This document shows, in pieces, positions 9,207-18,814 of a stretch of DNA of 64,000 nucleotides. How positions within the stretch are numbered: position 1 is the first letter of the stretch; each line of letters opens with the position of its first letter. Both the position numbers and the translations under genes were made by a program. Below the pieces are notes generated by a model. The model searched no databases and was not told where the DNA came from. It saw nothing but the letters and a program-made list of their open reading frames with translations. This DNA is from Candidatus Moraniibacteriota bacterium (lineage in GTDB: Bacteria; Patescibacteriota; Minisyncoccia; Moranbacterales; UBA1568): assembly GCA_052035095.1 (NCBI GenBank), contig JBPOHW010000007.1, forward strand, positions 1,705-65,704, written 5' to 3'.

Positions 9207-11132
9207 TCATTTCTCTCCCCCGATCCGCACCAATTCTCCCGCCAATCGCTTTTCTTCGTCCGTGTCGCCACGCTCGTGCGCGGCGCGCATGGCGCGCTCG
9301 AGGGACTCCATTTCCTCTTTGCGAAGCGTCTCAACGAGATGTCTCCATGTCGTGTCAAAAAACACGCGCACTTTTTTGATATCCGCCTCTTCGATTTGCT
9401 CGGGAAGCTGGAGCATTTTCTCTCCGTGAAACGCAAGTTCCGCGGCGTCTTTCTTGATCTCCTCAGGAAGCTTCGCAAACGAAAACGTCTCCGATGTTTC
9501 ACCCGCGAGAAAGGCGAGAAACGGCATTCTCGAGACAAACGAAAACACCCGTTCTGAAACGCCCTCAAGCGGAAGTGGGAGAAGCGCCGGACACGCGAGA
9601 AGGAGCGCCGCGATATCCTTCCCCAATTTTTCCGACAGCGTTTCAAACGACGCGCGCGAAAGAGAAGTCTCATCTTTTGAAACATCGGGAGAAGACTCAT
9701 GAAAAGAAGTTGGAACCGGTTTCAAATTTTTGAGAAGCGAGAGAAGTGTTCGTTCCGCGACGCCGATCCGATCGGCGAGCGTGTGCACCCAATGCGCCTG
9801 CTCGATATGTTGCGGGATGAGCCGCACCAGTTCCAAGAAGTCTTCCGCGATATATCGCTTCCCTTCCGCCGTTTTCGCGTCATGTGTTTTGAGGGAAGCG
9901 TTCAAAAAATATTCCGGCGCCGGTACGGGATTCGAAACCGCAGTATGAAGAGCCTCCACGTTTTCGCGCGCCATTTCCGCCGCGTCTTTCCCGGAGGGAA
10001 GCGACACGATCGAAACCGAAAACCCGAGCGCGATCGCCATCTCCGCACTCTTTCTCGCCGCCTTTTGCCCCGCGGAGTCCATATCGAAGAAAAGCCGGAG
10101 CGTCTCCGTGGAGCGCTTCACGATGCGGAGTTGTTCTTCCGTGAGCGCCGTCCCCGACACCGCGATCGTATTCGCGAATCCCGCCTGATGCATCGCGATC
10201 ACGTCCATATTTCCCTCCACGAAAAGCGCGTAGCCCTTCTCGCGAATCGCCTGCCGCGCGAGGAATACCCCATAGAGCGCCCGCGACTTGTGATACACTA
10301 CCGTCTCCGGCGTATTGATATACTTTGCCGACGCTTCATCCGCCCCCGGCAGAACCCGCGCCGAAAACCCGATCACCCTTCCCACCGCATCCAAAACCGG
10401 AAACGTCACCCGATCCCGAAAACGGTCGTATGTGCCGGCTTTCAGCTTTCGGCTTTCAGCTTTCAGCTCTTGAGTATTCTCTCCTTGCTGACTGCTGACT
10501 GCTGACTGCTGACTGCCGGACTTTAGGACAACCATCCCCCCCGCTTCTATCTCCTCCAAGGAAAAACCTTTGCTCGTCAAAAAATCCGAGAGCGTCCGCC
10601 AACCCGGAAGCGCGTAGCCCAATCGAAACGCGCGAATACTCTCATCTGAAATCCCGCGACCGCGCAAATACGGAAGCGCTTTCTTTTTTCCCTCGCCGTC
10701 CCACAATTGCTTCTCAAAAAACTTCGATGAAAGATCCAGCATTTTGAACACTCTCTCCTTGGCAACACCAGTAGATTCGATTTCATCCACATTACTCATC
10801 GCGCCAGAGAAAACATCGCCCGCGCTCGAGCCACCAAATCGCCGTCCGCGTTTTTCAAGAACAACACCCGCGCGCTCCGCGAGGAGCGCGAGCGCCTCCG
10901 GAAACGAGAGTCCGTCCATCTCCATCACAAACGAAAAAATATCCCCGCCTTTGTTGCACCCGAAGCAATGCCAGCTCGCCCGTTCCTCATTCACGATGAA
11001 GGACGGTGACTTCTCGTGGTGAAATGGGCAAAGTCCCTTCCAACTCACCCCCACCTTGGTGAGCTGCATATACCCGCCAATCACTTCCCGGACAGAGAGC
11101 CTCGCTTTGATGTCTTCGACTTCGGTATTCAT
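9207..11132 (-). CDS. dnaG: DNA primase DnaG
   Basis: CHC2 zinc finger (CPFHHEKSPSF...HCFGC). TOPRIM region (EGNMDVIAMHQAGF). 641 aa. Contains an in-frame low-complexity insert (SGSQQSAVSSQQ) encoded by (GCTGACT)x4 at 10487..10514. Confidence 0.9.
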   Translation of the reverse strand: MNTEVEDIKARLSVREVIGGYMQLTKVGVSWKGLCPFHHEKSPSFIVNEERASWHCFGCNKGGDIFSFVMEMDGLSFPEALALLAERAGVVLEKRGRRFGGSSAGDVFSGAMSNVDEIESTGVAKERVFKMLDLSSKFFEKQLWDGEGKKKALPYLRGRGISDESIRAFRLGYALPGWRTLSDFLTSKGFSLEEIEAGGMVVLKSGSQQSAVSSQQGENTQELKAESRKLKAGTYDRFRDRVTFPVLDAVGRVIGFSARVLPGADEASAKYINTPETVVYHKSRALYGVFLARQAIREKGYALFVEGNMDVIAMHQAGFANTIAVSGTALTEEQLRIVKRSTETLRLFFDMDSAGQKAARKSAEMAIALGFSVSIVSLPSGKDAAEMARENVEALHTAVSNPVPAPEYFLNASLKTHDAKTAEGKRYIAEDFLELVRLIPQHIEQAHWVHTLADRIGVAERTLLSLLKNLKPVPTSFHESSPDVSKDETSLSRASFETLSEKLGKDIAALLLACPALLPLPLEGVSERVFSFVSRMPFLAFLAGETSETFSFAKLPEEIKKDAAELAFHGEKMLQLPEQIEEADIKKVRVFFDTTWRHLVETLRKEEMESLERAMRAAHERGDTDEEKRLAGELVRIGGEK

Positions 11133-11234
11133 AGGTTCAGCCTAGCGCGTTTAGGAAAGAAAAATCAAGAGAAACAAAAAACCCGAACGAAAAACGAACG
11201 GGAACCTCTTCGAGAGATTTTTGTCACAATTTCG

Positions 11235-11750
11235 CTACGCTCCCAACACCACGACTATGGGTGCGGTTTTGGCTTCGGGAATTTTGGTGTCTTCAACCGG
11301 CTTTGCCGTGACGCCTTTGTACTCTTTGAGGAGGAGGAGCTGAAGAGCTTTCACCTCATCCGCCATGGAAGCGGAATAATAGATCACAATGCCGGTATTC
11401 GAACCGTTCACATTGCCCGCTTCGGCCTTGATATAGCCGTTTTGTTTGAGGTAGGTCGCCATCTTCCCCGCGCTCCCGCCCGCGGCGCCGCCATTCAAAA
11501 CCTTGATTACCACGGTTGCCGGCGCGTCCGGCTTCACCGGTGCGGATTCCTCTTCCGTTTCTTTCTCAGAATCATCCTTCTTATTGTCCTCCTCCTTGAC
11601 GACACTTTCCGATAAATTTTCCGGCGTGAAATTCGCGATGGACGGTCGCGGATCCGAAGCTTCTTTTTGCCCCTCACGATAGCGAAGCCCAAGAGCGATA
11701 CCGCCCCCAACCACCGCAAACACGAGAAGCGCAATGAAAATTTCTTTCAT
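11235..11750 (-). CDS. LytR C-terminal (LytR_C) domain protein with N-terminal TM
   Basis: N-terminal TM, acidic linker, then VLNGGAAGGSAGKMATYLKQNGY...SMADEVKALQ, which is typical of the LytR_C domain. Confidence 0.55.
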   Translation of the reverse strand: MKEIFIALLVFAVVGGGIALGLRYREGQKEASDPRPSIANFTPENLSESVVKEEDNKKDDSEKETEEESAPVKPDAPATVVIKVLNGGAAGGSAGKMATYLKQNGYIKAEAGNVNGSNTGIVIYYSASMADEVKALQLLLLKEYKGVTAKPVEDTKIPEAKTAPIVVVLGA

Positions 11751-11941
11751 AAAAATGAGCGAGAGACGAGAATCGAACTCGCGTCCTAAGCTTGGGAAGC
11801 TTATGTACTACCATTGTACTACTCTCGCGTTTCTTCCTCCATCCTATCACCCTGCCCCTGGAATTTCAAGGGAAATGTTCTCCAAATCACGGCTTCGTGA
11901 TAGTATGGGAAAGTTAGAGTTCATTCATCACCCGAAAGTGC

Positions 11942-12113
11942 TTTCAAAACTTCCGCCTGCGACAAAGAGAAAGAAATTAACGGAGGGGCGGGCAGGCCTG
12001 CGAAAACCACAAATGAAAGCTTCTTTGGGAGGTTATTTCTCTCCAGGACACACAATCTCACCTACCAAGCCCCGGAGCATTTCTTGAACGTGTCACAGGC
12101 GAAAGCTTTGAAA
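11942..12113. repeat. Repeat family 1, copy 2: conserved core closed by a 23-bp inverted repeat with 3 mismatches
   Basis: Flanks tttcaaaacttccgcctgcgaca / tgtcacaggcgaaagctttgaaa. All three mismatches are C.A on the plus strand and would be G.U on the minus-strand transcript. Confidence 0.85.
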
Positions 12114-12139
12114 AACCGTAATAAAAACATTGTTCTCTC

Positions 12140-13594
12140 ATGAACATCTCAGAAAAAATCATTCCCGCGTGGCTCACCAAAAAACGCCTCATTTGGAGCG
12201 GCATCGTTCTCGCTGTTCTCGGAGGGGGGTTTTTCGTCTTCTTTTACGGAAAATCACATACCACCGAAATCGCCACCAGCACCCTCGCTGTCTTTGAAAA
12301 AGTTTCGAAGCTCCTCCCGCTCGAACCCGATACCAAAAAAGAAATCGAGGTAGTCAACACGCTCGTTCAAGAACTCACTGTGAAAGACGACAAGACCCGC
12401 GTCTTTTTTCTCCTCCTCCAAAACAACTTCGAGCTCCGTCCGGGCGGCGGATTCTTGGGACAGTACGCCGTCGTCAAAATCAAAAACGGCGAGCTCGTGT
12501 CGCACTTCGTTGAGGACGCCAACCTCCTCGATCAGCGCATCAAAAACGCGGGCATCAAAGTAACGCCCCCATGGCCGCTCACCCGCTATATGCAGCTCAA
12601 GCGCTGGATGCTTCGCGACTCCAACTTCTCCCCCGACTTCCCAACCAACGCCCAGAAGGCGGAATATTTCTATCGCCTGGGTGGCGGACGCGAGAAGTTT
12701 GACGCCGTGATCGCGGTCAACGCCGATGTGCTCGATCATGTCCTCGCGCTCACCGGTCCCATCACCGTCCCCGGCTACTCCGGCACCTACTCCTCCGAAG
12801 GTGGCGCGCTCAAACTCGAAGAGGCCGTCGAAAAAGCCTATCTCGGCGATGACGTTCCCGCGGAGGTAAAAGAGGGTCGCAAAAACATTATGAAGAAACT
12901 CGCCGCGGAAATCTTGAAACGTCTCGCCACCGTCAACAATATCCCCAAAATCGCCACCCTCGCCCAGGAAGAGCTACGCAACAAAAACATTCAGCTTTTC
13001 TTCCACGATAGTAAATTGCAAGCGCTCGTCGAGAGCGTCCACTGGGACGGATCCGTCGCCAAAAACTGGAACGGCGACTTCCTTATGGTAGTCGACGCCA
13101 ATATGGGTGCCCTCAAAAGCGATTATTTCGTAAAGCGCTCTCTCGATTATTTTGTCGACTTTACCGCCGGAGCGCGCCCCAAGGCAACCGTCACCTATAC
13201 CTATAATCATACCGCTCCGGGCGGTGACTGGCGAACGAGCGACTATCACACCTACACCCGCATTTATGCTCCCAAAGGCTCAACCTATGTCGACAACAGC
13301 CGCGTCAAAACCGGTGGCGTCGGCGCCCAAGACGACACCGCGTTCAACAAGACCGTCTTCGGTTACAAGGTGGACGTCCTTATGCGACAGACGCTTCCCA
13401 CGGGCATCTCCTACGAACTCCCCGAGACCGTCACGGAAGAAAATTATCGCCTCCTCATCCAAAAACAATCCGGCATCGGCACCCTCCCCGCAACCATCCG
13501 CCTCAAAACCTCAAAAGGCGAATTCACCGCCACCTACGATCTCAAAAAAGACCTCGCCCTCGAGATCAAAGAAATAGAAGAGCAGAAGAAATAA
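12140..13594 (+). CDS. Membrane-anchored protein, DUF4012-like (tentative)
   Basis: 484 aa. N-terminal TM (LIWSGIVLAVLGGGFFVFFY). Motif LLLQNNFELRPGGGFLGQY resembles the DUF4012 signature. Confidence 0.6.
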   Translation: MNISEKIIPAWLTKKRLIWSGIVLAVLGGGFFVFFYGKSHTTEIATSTLAVFEKVSKLLPLEPDTKKEIEVVNTLVQELTVKDDKTRVFFLLLQNNFELRPGGGFLGQYAVVKIKNGELVSHFVEDANLLDQRIKNAGIKVTPPWPLTRYMQLKRWMLRDSNFSPDFPTNAQKAEYFYRLGGGREKFDAVIAVNADVLDHVLALTGPITVPGYSGTYSSEGGALKLEEAVEKAYLGDDVPAEVKEGRKNIMKKLAAEILKRLATVNNIPKIATLAQEELRNKNIQLFFHDSKLQALVESVHWDGSVAKNWNGDFLMVVDANMGALKSDYFVKRSLDYFVDFTAGARPKATVTYTYNHTAPGGDWRTSDYHTYTRIYAPKGSTYVDNSRVKTGGVGAQDDTAFNKTVFGYKVDVLMRQTLPTGISYELPETVTEENYRLLIQKQSGIGTLPATIRLKTSKGEFTATYDLKKDLALEIKEIEEQKK

Positions 13595-13602
13595 AAGAAA
13601 TT

Positions 13603-13788
13603 CAGGACTTCCACATTTGTCAAACCTGCCTGCCGGTAGGCAGGGGGAGAGAAATCAACGGAGGGGCGGGCAGACTTACAAAAAACGCGAGAGAAAGCTT
13701 CTTTGGGAGGTTATTTACATCCATAACACAAAAACTCACCTACCAAGCCCCGGAGCATTTCTCGAACGTGACAAATGTGGAAGTCCTG
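13603..13788. repeat. Repeat family 1, copy 3: conserved core closed by a 20-bp perfect inverted repeat; carries an extra GC-rich palindrome (13625..13644)
   Basis: Flanks caggacttccacatttgtca / tgacaaatgtggaagtcctg. Internal cctgcctgccggtaggcagg hairpin sits immediately 5' of the core. Confidence 0.85.
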
Positions 13789-13872
13789 GAATCACTCAAA
13801 AATTTCGGGGCTTTTTTTTCGTACGAATGTATGCAAGAATACGGGGTATAATCCCTTTTTTGACAGACCCCT

Positions 13873-15621
13873 ATGGAAACGACACCGATCGAAACCATCC
13901 GCCACTCGCTCGCGCATCTCCTCGCGATGAGCATTCTCGAACTCGACCCCAAGGCAAAACTCGGCACCGGTCCATCAACCGACACCGGCTTCTTCTATGA
14001 CTTTGAGTTTTCAAAAGAAAAACCTGTCTCGGAAAACGATTTCAAGTCGATCGAAAAAATCATACGGAAACTCATCAATAAAAAGATTGATTTCACTCGC
14101 GAAGAAATATCCGAAACCGAAGCGAAAAAACGCTTCAAAGATCAACCCTACAAACTCGAACTCATCAAAGAAATCGCCAAGCGCGGCGAAACGATCTCCC
14201 TCTACAAAACAGGTGATTTCGTCGACCTCTGCGAAGGTCCGCACGTCAAAAATACCGGAGAGATTCCCGCCGACGCGTTCAAGCTCACCCGCATTGCCGG
14301 CGCGTATTGGAAGAGCGACGAATCAAAGACACAACTCACGCGCATCACCGGCATCGCCTTTGAAAGCAAAGCCACGCTCGAAAAGTACCAGTGGCAACAG
14401 GAAGAAGCGAAGAAACGGGATCACCGAAAGCTCGGTGCGGAACTTGAGCTCTTCACCTTTGATGATCAGGTTGGTCCCGGACTTCCCCTGTGGCTCCCCA
14501 AGGGAACCGTGATTGCGGATGAACTTGAAATGCTTGCCAAAGAAACCGAAACGAGAGCGGGGTACCTCCGCGTCCGCACGCCACACATCGCCAAAGACGC
14601 ACTCTACCAAACAAGTGGACATCTCCCTTACTACGAAGACAGTATGTTCCCGCCGATGGAATACGAGGGTGAGAAATACTATTTGAAAGCCATGAATTGC
14701 CCGCACCATCACAAGATTTTCGCCGCGAGTCCAAAAAGTTACCGTGATCTTCCACTTCGACTCGCCGAGTACGGCACCGTCTATCGCCATGAAAAGTCCG
14801 GCGAACTTTTCGGTCTTATGCGCGTCCGTATGATGCAGATGAACGACGCGCATATTTATTGCACCGAAGAACAATTCGCGGAAGAATTTCGCGCCGTGAA
14901 TGATCTCTATCTCCACTATTTCAAAATCTTTGGTATCGAAAAATACCTGATGCGATTCTCGACTCACTCGATCGAAAAACTCGGAAAGAAATATGTGAAC
15001 GAGCCGGAGCTTTGGAAAAAAACCGAAGATATGGTACGAACCGTCCTCAAAGAATCCAACATTCCCTTCGTGGAAATCCCGGATGAAGCTGCCTTTTACG
15101 GACCAAAAATCGATGTGCAGGTCTGGAGCGCCATCGGTCGAGAATTCACGCTCGCGACCAATCAAGTCGATTTCGCCGTCCCCGCCCGATTCGGTCTCAC
15201 CTATACCGATTCGGAAGGGCAGAGGCAAACACCGCTCTGCATTCATCGCGCGCCTCTCGGCACACATGAGCGATTTATCGGTTTTCTGATCGAGCACTAT
15301 GCTGGCGCTTTCCCTTTCTGGCTCTCTCCTGTCCAAATTGCGATTCTTCCGATCGGCGAAACGCATGAGAAATACGCCGAAGAACTTGCCAAAACATTCC
15401 GCAACGAAAGCTTCCGTGTCGAAATACACACCGACGAAAGCCTCGGCAAGCGCATCCGTGAAACTAAGATACACAAAATCCCCTACACCCTCGTCGTTGG
15501 CGACCAAGAAATCGAATCCAAAACCGCCTCTGTCGAGTCACGAGACACTGGAAAAATCGGCACACTTTCGATCGAAGAAATTTTAAACCGACTCCGAAAA
15601 GAACGAGATAATCGACAGTAG
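13873..15621 (+). CDS. thrS: Threonyl-tRNA synthetase (short form lacking the N-terminal TGS region)
   Basis: Class II aaRS motifs. Zn-binding CPHH region, anticodon-binding C-terminal domain and editing-domain remnant. 582 aa. Confidence 0.9.
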   Translation: METTPIETIRHSLAHLLAMSILELDPKAKLGTGPSTDTGFFYDFEFSKEKPVSENDFKSIEKIIRKLINKKIDFTREEISETEAKKRFKDQPYKLELIKEIAKRGETISLYKTGDFVDLCEGPHVKNTGEIPADAFKLTRIAGAYWKSDESKTQLTRITGIAFESKATLEKYQWQQEEAKKRDHRKLGAELELFTFDDQVGPGLPLWLPKGTVIADELEMLAKETETRAGYLRVRTPHIAKDALYQTSGHLPYYEDSMFPPMEYEGEKYYLKAMNCPHHHKIFAASPKSYRDLPLRLAEYGTVYRHEKSGELFGLMRVRMMQMNDAHIYCTEEQFAEEFRAVNDLYLHYFKIFGIEKYLMRFSTHSIEKLGKKYVNEPELWKKTEDMVRTVLKESNIPFVEIPDEAAFYGPKIDVQVWSAIGREFTLATNQVDFAVPARFGLTYTDSEGQRQTPLCIHRAPLGTHERFIGFLIEHYAGAFPFWLSPVQIAILPIGETHEKYAEELAKTFRNESFRVEIHTDESLGKRIRETKIHKIPYTLVVGDQEIESKTASVESRDTGKIGTLSIEEILNRLRKERDNRQ

Positions 15622-15673
15622 ACAAAGTATCACTTTCGCAGTACGATTACAGCGTAATTCGTAAAAAAACAGT

Positions 15674-15949
15674 ATGGAAAAGATGTTCGAAGTTCATCAG
15701 GAAACAGAAGGAATTTCTGAAGTGATACTGAAAAAAGTACTCGAACGAGTACAAAAAGAACAAGAAAAAAACGCTACATACTTAAATGTCTCAGATTTTC
15801 TCAATGCGAATGAAGAAGCAAGGAACATTTATCAGGAATACTCCACAAAAAAATTTCCCGATGAAAGTTCTCAAAAAGAGGCTTTGCAGAAACTTGTGAC
15901 GGATCTCGCCACCACCTACGAAAATATGGAGGGGAAGATGATGAACTGA
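15674..15949 (+). CDS. Hypothetical small acidic protein
   Basis: 91-aa ORF followed by a strong intrinsic terminator at 15984..16011. Confidence 0.4.
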   Translation: MEKMFEVHQETEGISEVILKKVLERVQKEQEKNATYLNVSDFLNANEEARNIYQEYSTKKFPDESSQKEALQKLVTDLATTYENMEGKMMN

Positions 15950-15983
15950 CCAAAGCATCACGGATATCTCGCTTACATGTTTC

Positions 15984-16011
15984 AAAAAAACTCCCCTCTC
16001 GGGGAGTTTTT
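15984..16011. terminator. Bidirectional rho-independent terminator (CTCCCC-tctc-GGGGAG flanked by A-run/T-run)
   Basis: aaaaaaaCTCCCCtctcGGGGAGttttt lies between convergent genes 15674..15949 (+) and 16049..17023 (-). Confidence 0.75.
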
Positions 16012-16048
16012 GCTTTTGCCTCATTCCTCATTCTTTATTCCTTATTCT

Positions 16049-17023
16049 TCATTCCTGTTTCCCCATCTCCACTCTCGACTTCCAAAAAAAGTACCCAACA
16101 ACGACAAAGGTAATGAACGGCGCCACGAAGGGCGGCACATGCGCGCCAAAAGCTTCGAGGAGCATAATCGTACCGAGCGACAAGACCGAATACATCGCGC
16201 CGTTTTTGAGATAGGCATATTGTTTGATGCGCTCGATATTTCCGATCGTAAATTGTCGCACCGCCAAAGCGCCCAAGCTGTTCCCGATCAAAATGAGCGG
16301 CACCGAAAAGGTGAACGCAAACGCGCCCAACACGCCATCGATCGAAAATGTCGTATCAATCGCTTCGAGATAGAGGAGTTTGCTGATATCGGAAAGCGGT
16401 CGCTTCGAATCGAGCAGTTTCCGCTCACTCTCTTCCGCTTGTTGTTTGAATCCGTGCGTAATGAAGAACGCCGTCGACCCCACCACCGCGCCAAACGCGG
16501 CAAAAGGATTTTCCCCAATCGAAAACCACACGACTCCCGAGAGAATAACCGACACTACCGCATAGAACCACACACCTTGTGAATGAAAGAATTTTTCTCC
16601 GATGAGCCCATACTGTTTCTCCTCCATAAAGAGCCAGTGGAAAAACAAAAAGATCAAGAAAATGCCGCCTCCCATAAGGAGAATCGGCGCCGCCTTTTCA
16701 ACCGCCGCAACCACCGACGGATCGCTCGAGAGGGTTGAGGTAAATGCCTCAACGGGACCAAGCCCCGGCACCGAAAGCCACACAATAAGCCACGGCAAAA
16801 GCCCCCTAACAACAAAGACCGCAAAGAAAAGTCCCCAGGTGAGAAACCATTTTCGGGCACGCTCCCCCATCGTCCCCAACACCTGCGCGTTGATAATCGC
16901 GTTGTCAACGCTCGACACCGTCTCAAAGAGAAAGAGCCCGAGCACCACCAACACAAGAGAAAAAATATCCATAGGATGGATAATAGCAAAAAATGCAAAA
17001 AAGAAAAACCCTATTCCGAACAT
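16049..17023 (-). CDS. Polytopic integral membrane protein, DUF475/TerC-like (tentative)
   Basis: 324 aa with about 8 TM helices. Motif SVDNAIINAQVL is characteristic of the DUF475/TerC-related family. Last gene of the TerY-P operon. Confidence 0.55.
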   Translation of the reverse strand: MFGIGFFFFAFFAIIHPMDIFSLVLVVLGLFLFETVSSVDNAIINAQVLGTMGERARKWFLTWGLFFAVFVVRGLLPWLIVWLSVPGLGPVEAFTSTLSSDPSVVAAVEKAAPILLMGGGIFLIFLFFHWLFMEEKQYGLIGEKFFHSQGVWFYAVVSVILSGVVWFSIGENPFAAFGAVVGSTAFFITHGFKQQAEESERKLLDSKRPLSDISKLLYLEAIDTTFSIDGVLGAFAFTFSVPLILIGNSLGALAVRQFTIGNIERIKQYAYLKNGAMYSVLSLGTIMLLEAFGAHVPPFVAPFITFVVVGYFFWKSRVEMGKQE

Positions 17024-17068
17024 TCTCGAAACAGGGTTTTTGAAAAATCACCTGTACTTTTCTTGCCG

Positions 17069-18814
17069 CTACTTCATACGCACATGCCAGACGGCGCCAT
17101 CCTTGATGTAGAGGACTTTGTCGCCCCATACACCAAGAATCATATCGGTCGTGATCATTCGATCCGTTACCGAACGCTGTTGCTTGTTTGTCGGAACATA
17201 AACATCCATTTTGCCATCTTCGACAATCGCCACCTGAACACACCCAGCCGCCTTTGGAACAAGGGCAATGTTCAAACTCTGCGCATCTGTCACGCCGCTC
17301 CAGTACTCGTATCCGCTATAATCCGGCTTCATCGTCAATTCAATTTTTCGATAGTCACCATTTTTATCGGCGGCGATAATTGAAATGAATCCATTTCCGG
17401 ATCGAGCGGCTATCGGTCGAAGCCCATCCAATTCCTTAACACGAACTGTTCTGCATAACCCCGCTCCAAATGGGGCTACGATAAACATCGCACCAATGGC
17501 ATCCGTCACTCCAATGCCATCAAACCACCTCGTGGAATTAACAAGGACATCTACTGCCTTACCAGCACTTATCAACGGTCCCCTTGCCACGAGAAAAAAA
17601 GAAATCTCAACCAAACTTTGACTCGCCACAACAAACAGTCGATTTTCATATCGAACAACTCGTTGTCCTGCCGTTTGAAATGGAATAGGAGTTTCTTTTT
17701 GATGTTGCGATTTTCCGATATAGGAAAATGCGACACTCCCTCCTTTCATCTCCCCGACGAGCCATCCCTTCTCTACCGAGACCACTTCGCAATCTGTCGA
17801 ATGATTTCCCCCAATACGTTGCTTCGTGGAAAGATCCACAAGGGATCCATCTGACAAGAGAACAACGCCACAGGAAAACATCCGAACAACCTTTACTTGT
17901 GAGTCGGCAAAGATTTTCTCGAAGATAAGCGCTCCTTGCCCGCTCGTTACAACACGGAGAACCCGACCTGCCGCCGTTACCGCCACACCCACTGCAAACG
18001 GCGAAGGCATTTCGCTTCTTTCCCCGTTTTGAAACGTGGCAATGTACCAATCCAGCAGCGAACTGGGAATCTTATACGGATCCCGCACCGCCGCATTGAG
18101 CCGCACACCCGTCGTAAAAACAGATTTATTGTCTTGCATCCGTTTTACGAGGTCCTTGCGCGCGTATCCATCAAGCGTCCCTTTGTACGGATGAATTCCG
18201 GTATACAACTGAAAGGTAACAATACCCACCGAGAACCAATCCGACGCAGACGTAAATCCATTTGCGTGGTAGTCTCGAATGGACGGCATAATCACTGATG
18301 CCCCCCACTGATCAATCGCCCACGCGTCAACATCAATAGCGGAAACTTCAGGCTTCCCTTTCCCACTCCAATAAAGCAACCAATTGAGTTCGTTTGGATC
18401 GACAAGCGTGGCACCGCCACCATGCGCCGCAAGGGCAATTTCCCTCATCTGATGAACGGCGTCATTTGTTTCCTTATCCCCAAACCCAACCTGTTGCCTA
18501 TGATCCGTTGTGAAAAACGGCGGCAACATCATTCCCTCAACATACGGCGCCCAGTAACCAATCGGCTGACCTCCGACAATCGCCAGGCCTTTCGGTCCGG
18601 CGATATGCGGATGATTGATGTTGGCAAGAAGCCTGAATTTCTCCGGCATTCTGTCGTGCCGCATTTTTTGGTCATCCGCATACACCTTGACGACCGTATC
18701 CACATCTGCGCGGTAGACAGATCCTTCACCGCCTGTGGCGATATGATTCTGATCTGTCAGTACAACATCCTTATGATGTTCGAGTGATACTTTCAACACC
18801 TTTCCTTTAGCCAT
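17069..18814 (-). CDS. Divergent Ser/Thr protein kinase-like protein with C-terminal beta-rich domain (TerY-P triad kinase)
   Basis: Trimmed to ATG at 18814 (SD GAGGAGGG at -9). Gly-loop-like GGEGSVY, Lys-motif VVKVY and a D-W-S-V-G...Y-G subdomain (DWFSVGIVTFQLYTGIHPYKG). Start overlaps the stop of the PP2C gene. Confidence 0.55.
   Translation of the reverse strand: MAKGKVLKVSLEHHKDVVLTDQNHIATGGEGSVYRADVDTVVKVYADDQKMRHDRMPEKFRLLANINHPHIAGPKGLAIVGGQPIGYWAPYVEGMMLPPFFTTDHRQQVGFGDKETNDAVHQMREIALAAHGGGATLVDPNELNWLLYWSGKGKPEVSAIDVDAWAIDQWGASVIMPSIRDYHANGFTSASDWFSVGIVTFQLYTGIHPYKGTLDGYARKDLVKRMQDNKSVFTTGVRLNAAVRDPYKIPSSLLDWYIATFQNGERSEMPSPFAVGVAVTAAGRVLRVVTSGQGALIFEKIFADSQVKVVRMFSCGVVLLSDGSLVDLSTKQRIGGNHSTDCEVVSVEKGWLVGEMKGGSVAFSYIGKSQHQKETPIPFQTAGQRVVRYENRLFVVASQSLVEISFFLVARGPLISAGKAVDVLVNSTRWFDGIGVTDAIGAMFIVAPFGAGLCRTVRVKELDGLRPIAARSGNGFISIIAADKNGDYRKIELTMKPDYSGYEYWSGVTDAQSLNIALVPKAAGCVQVAIVEDGKMDVYVPTNKQQRSVTDRMITTDMILGVWGDKVLYIKDGAVWHVRMK

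Noticed and set aside
9699-10505. Long antisense ORFs opposite confident genes (e.g. 9699..10505+, 14323..15507-, 22125..23474+, 24757..25827+, 29551..30768+, 33984..35405+, 35428..36582+, 48552..50150+, 52884..53657-, 57080..57823+, 59004..60662+)
   Set aside because: Shadow ORFs. They lie opposite strongly supported conserved genes (dnaG, thrS, PBP1A, rny, tig, nusA, SBP, infB, nrdAB). They have Arg/Pro-rich compositions typical of antisense frames and no SD.
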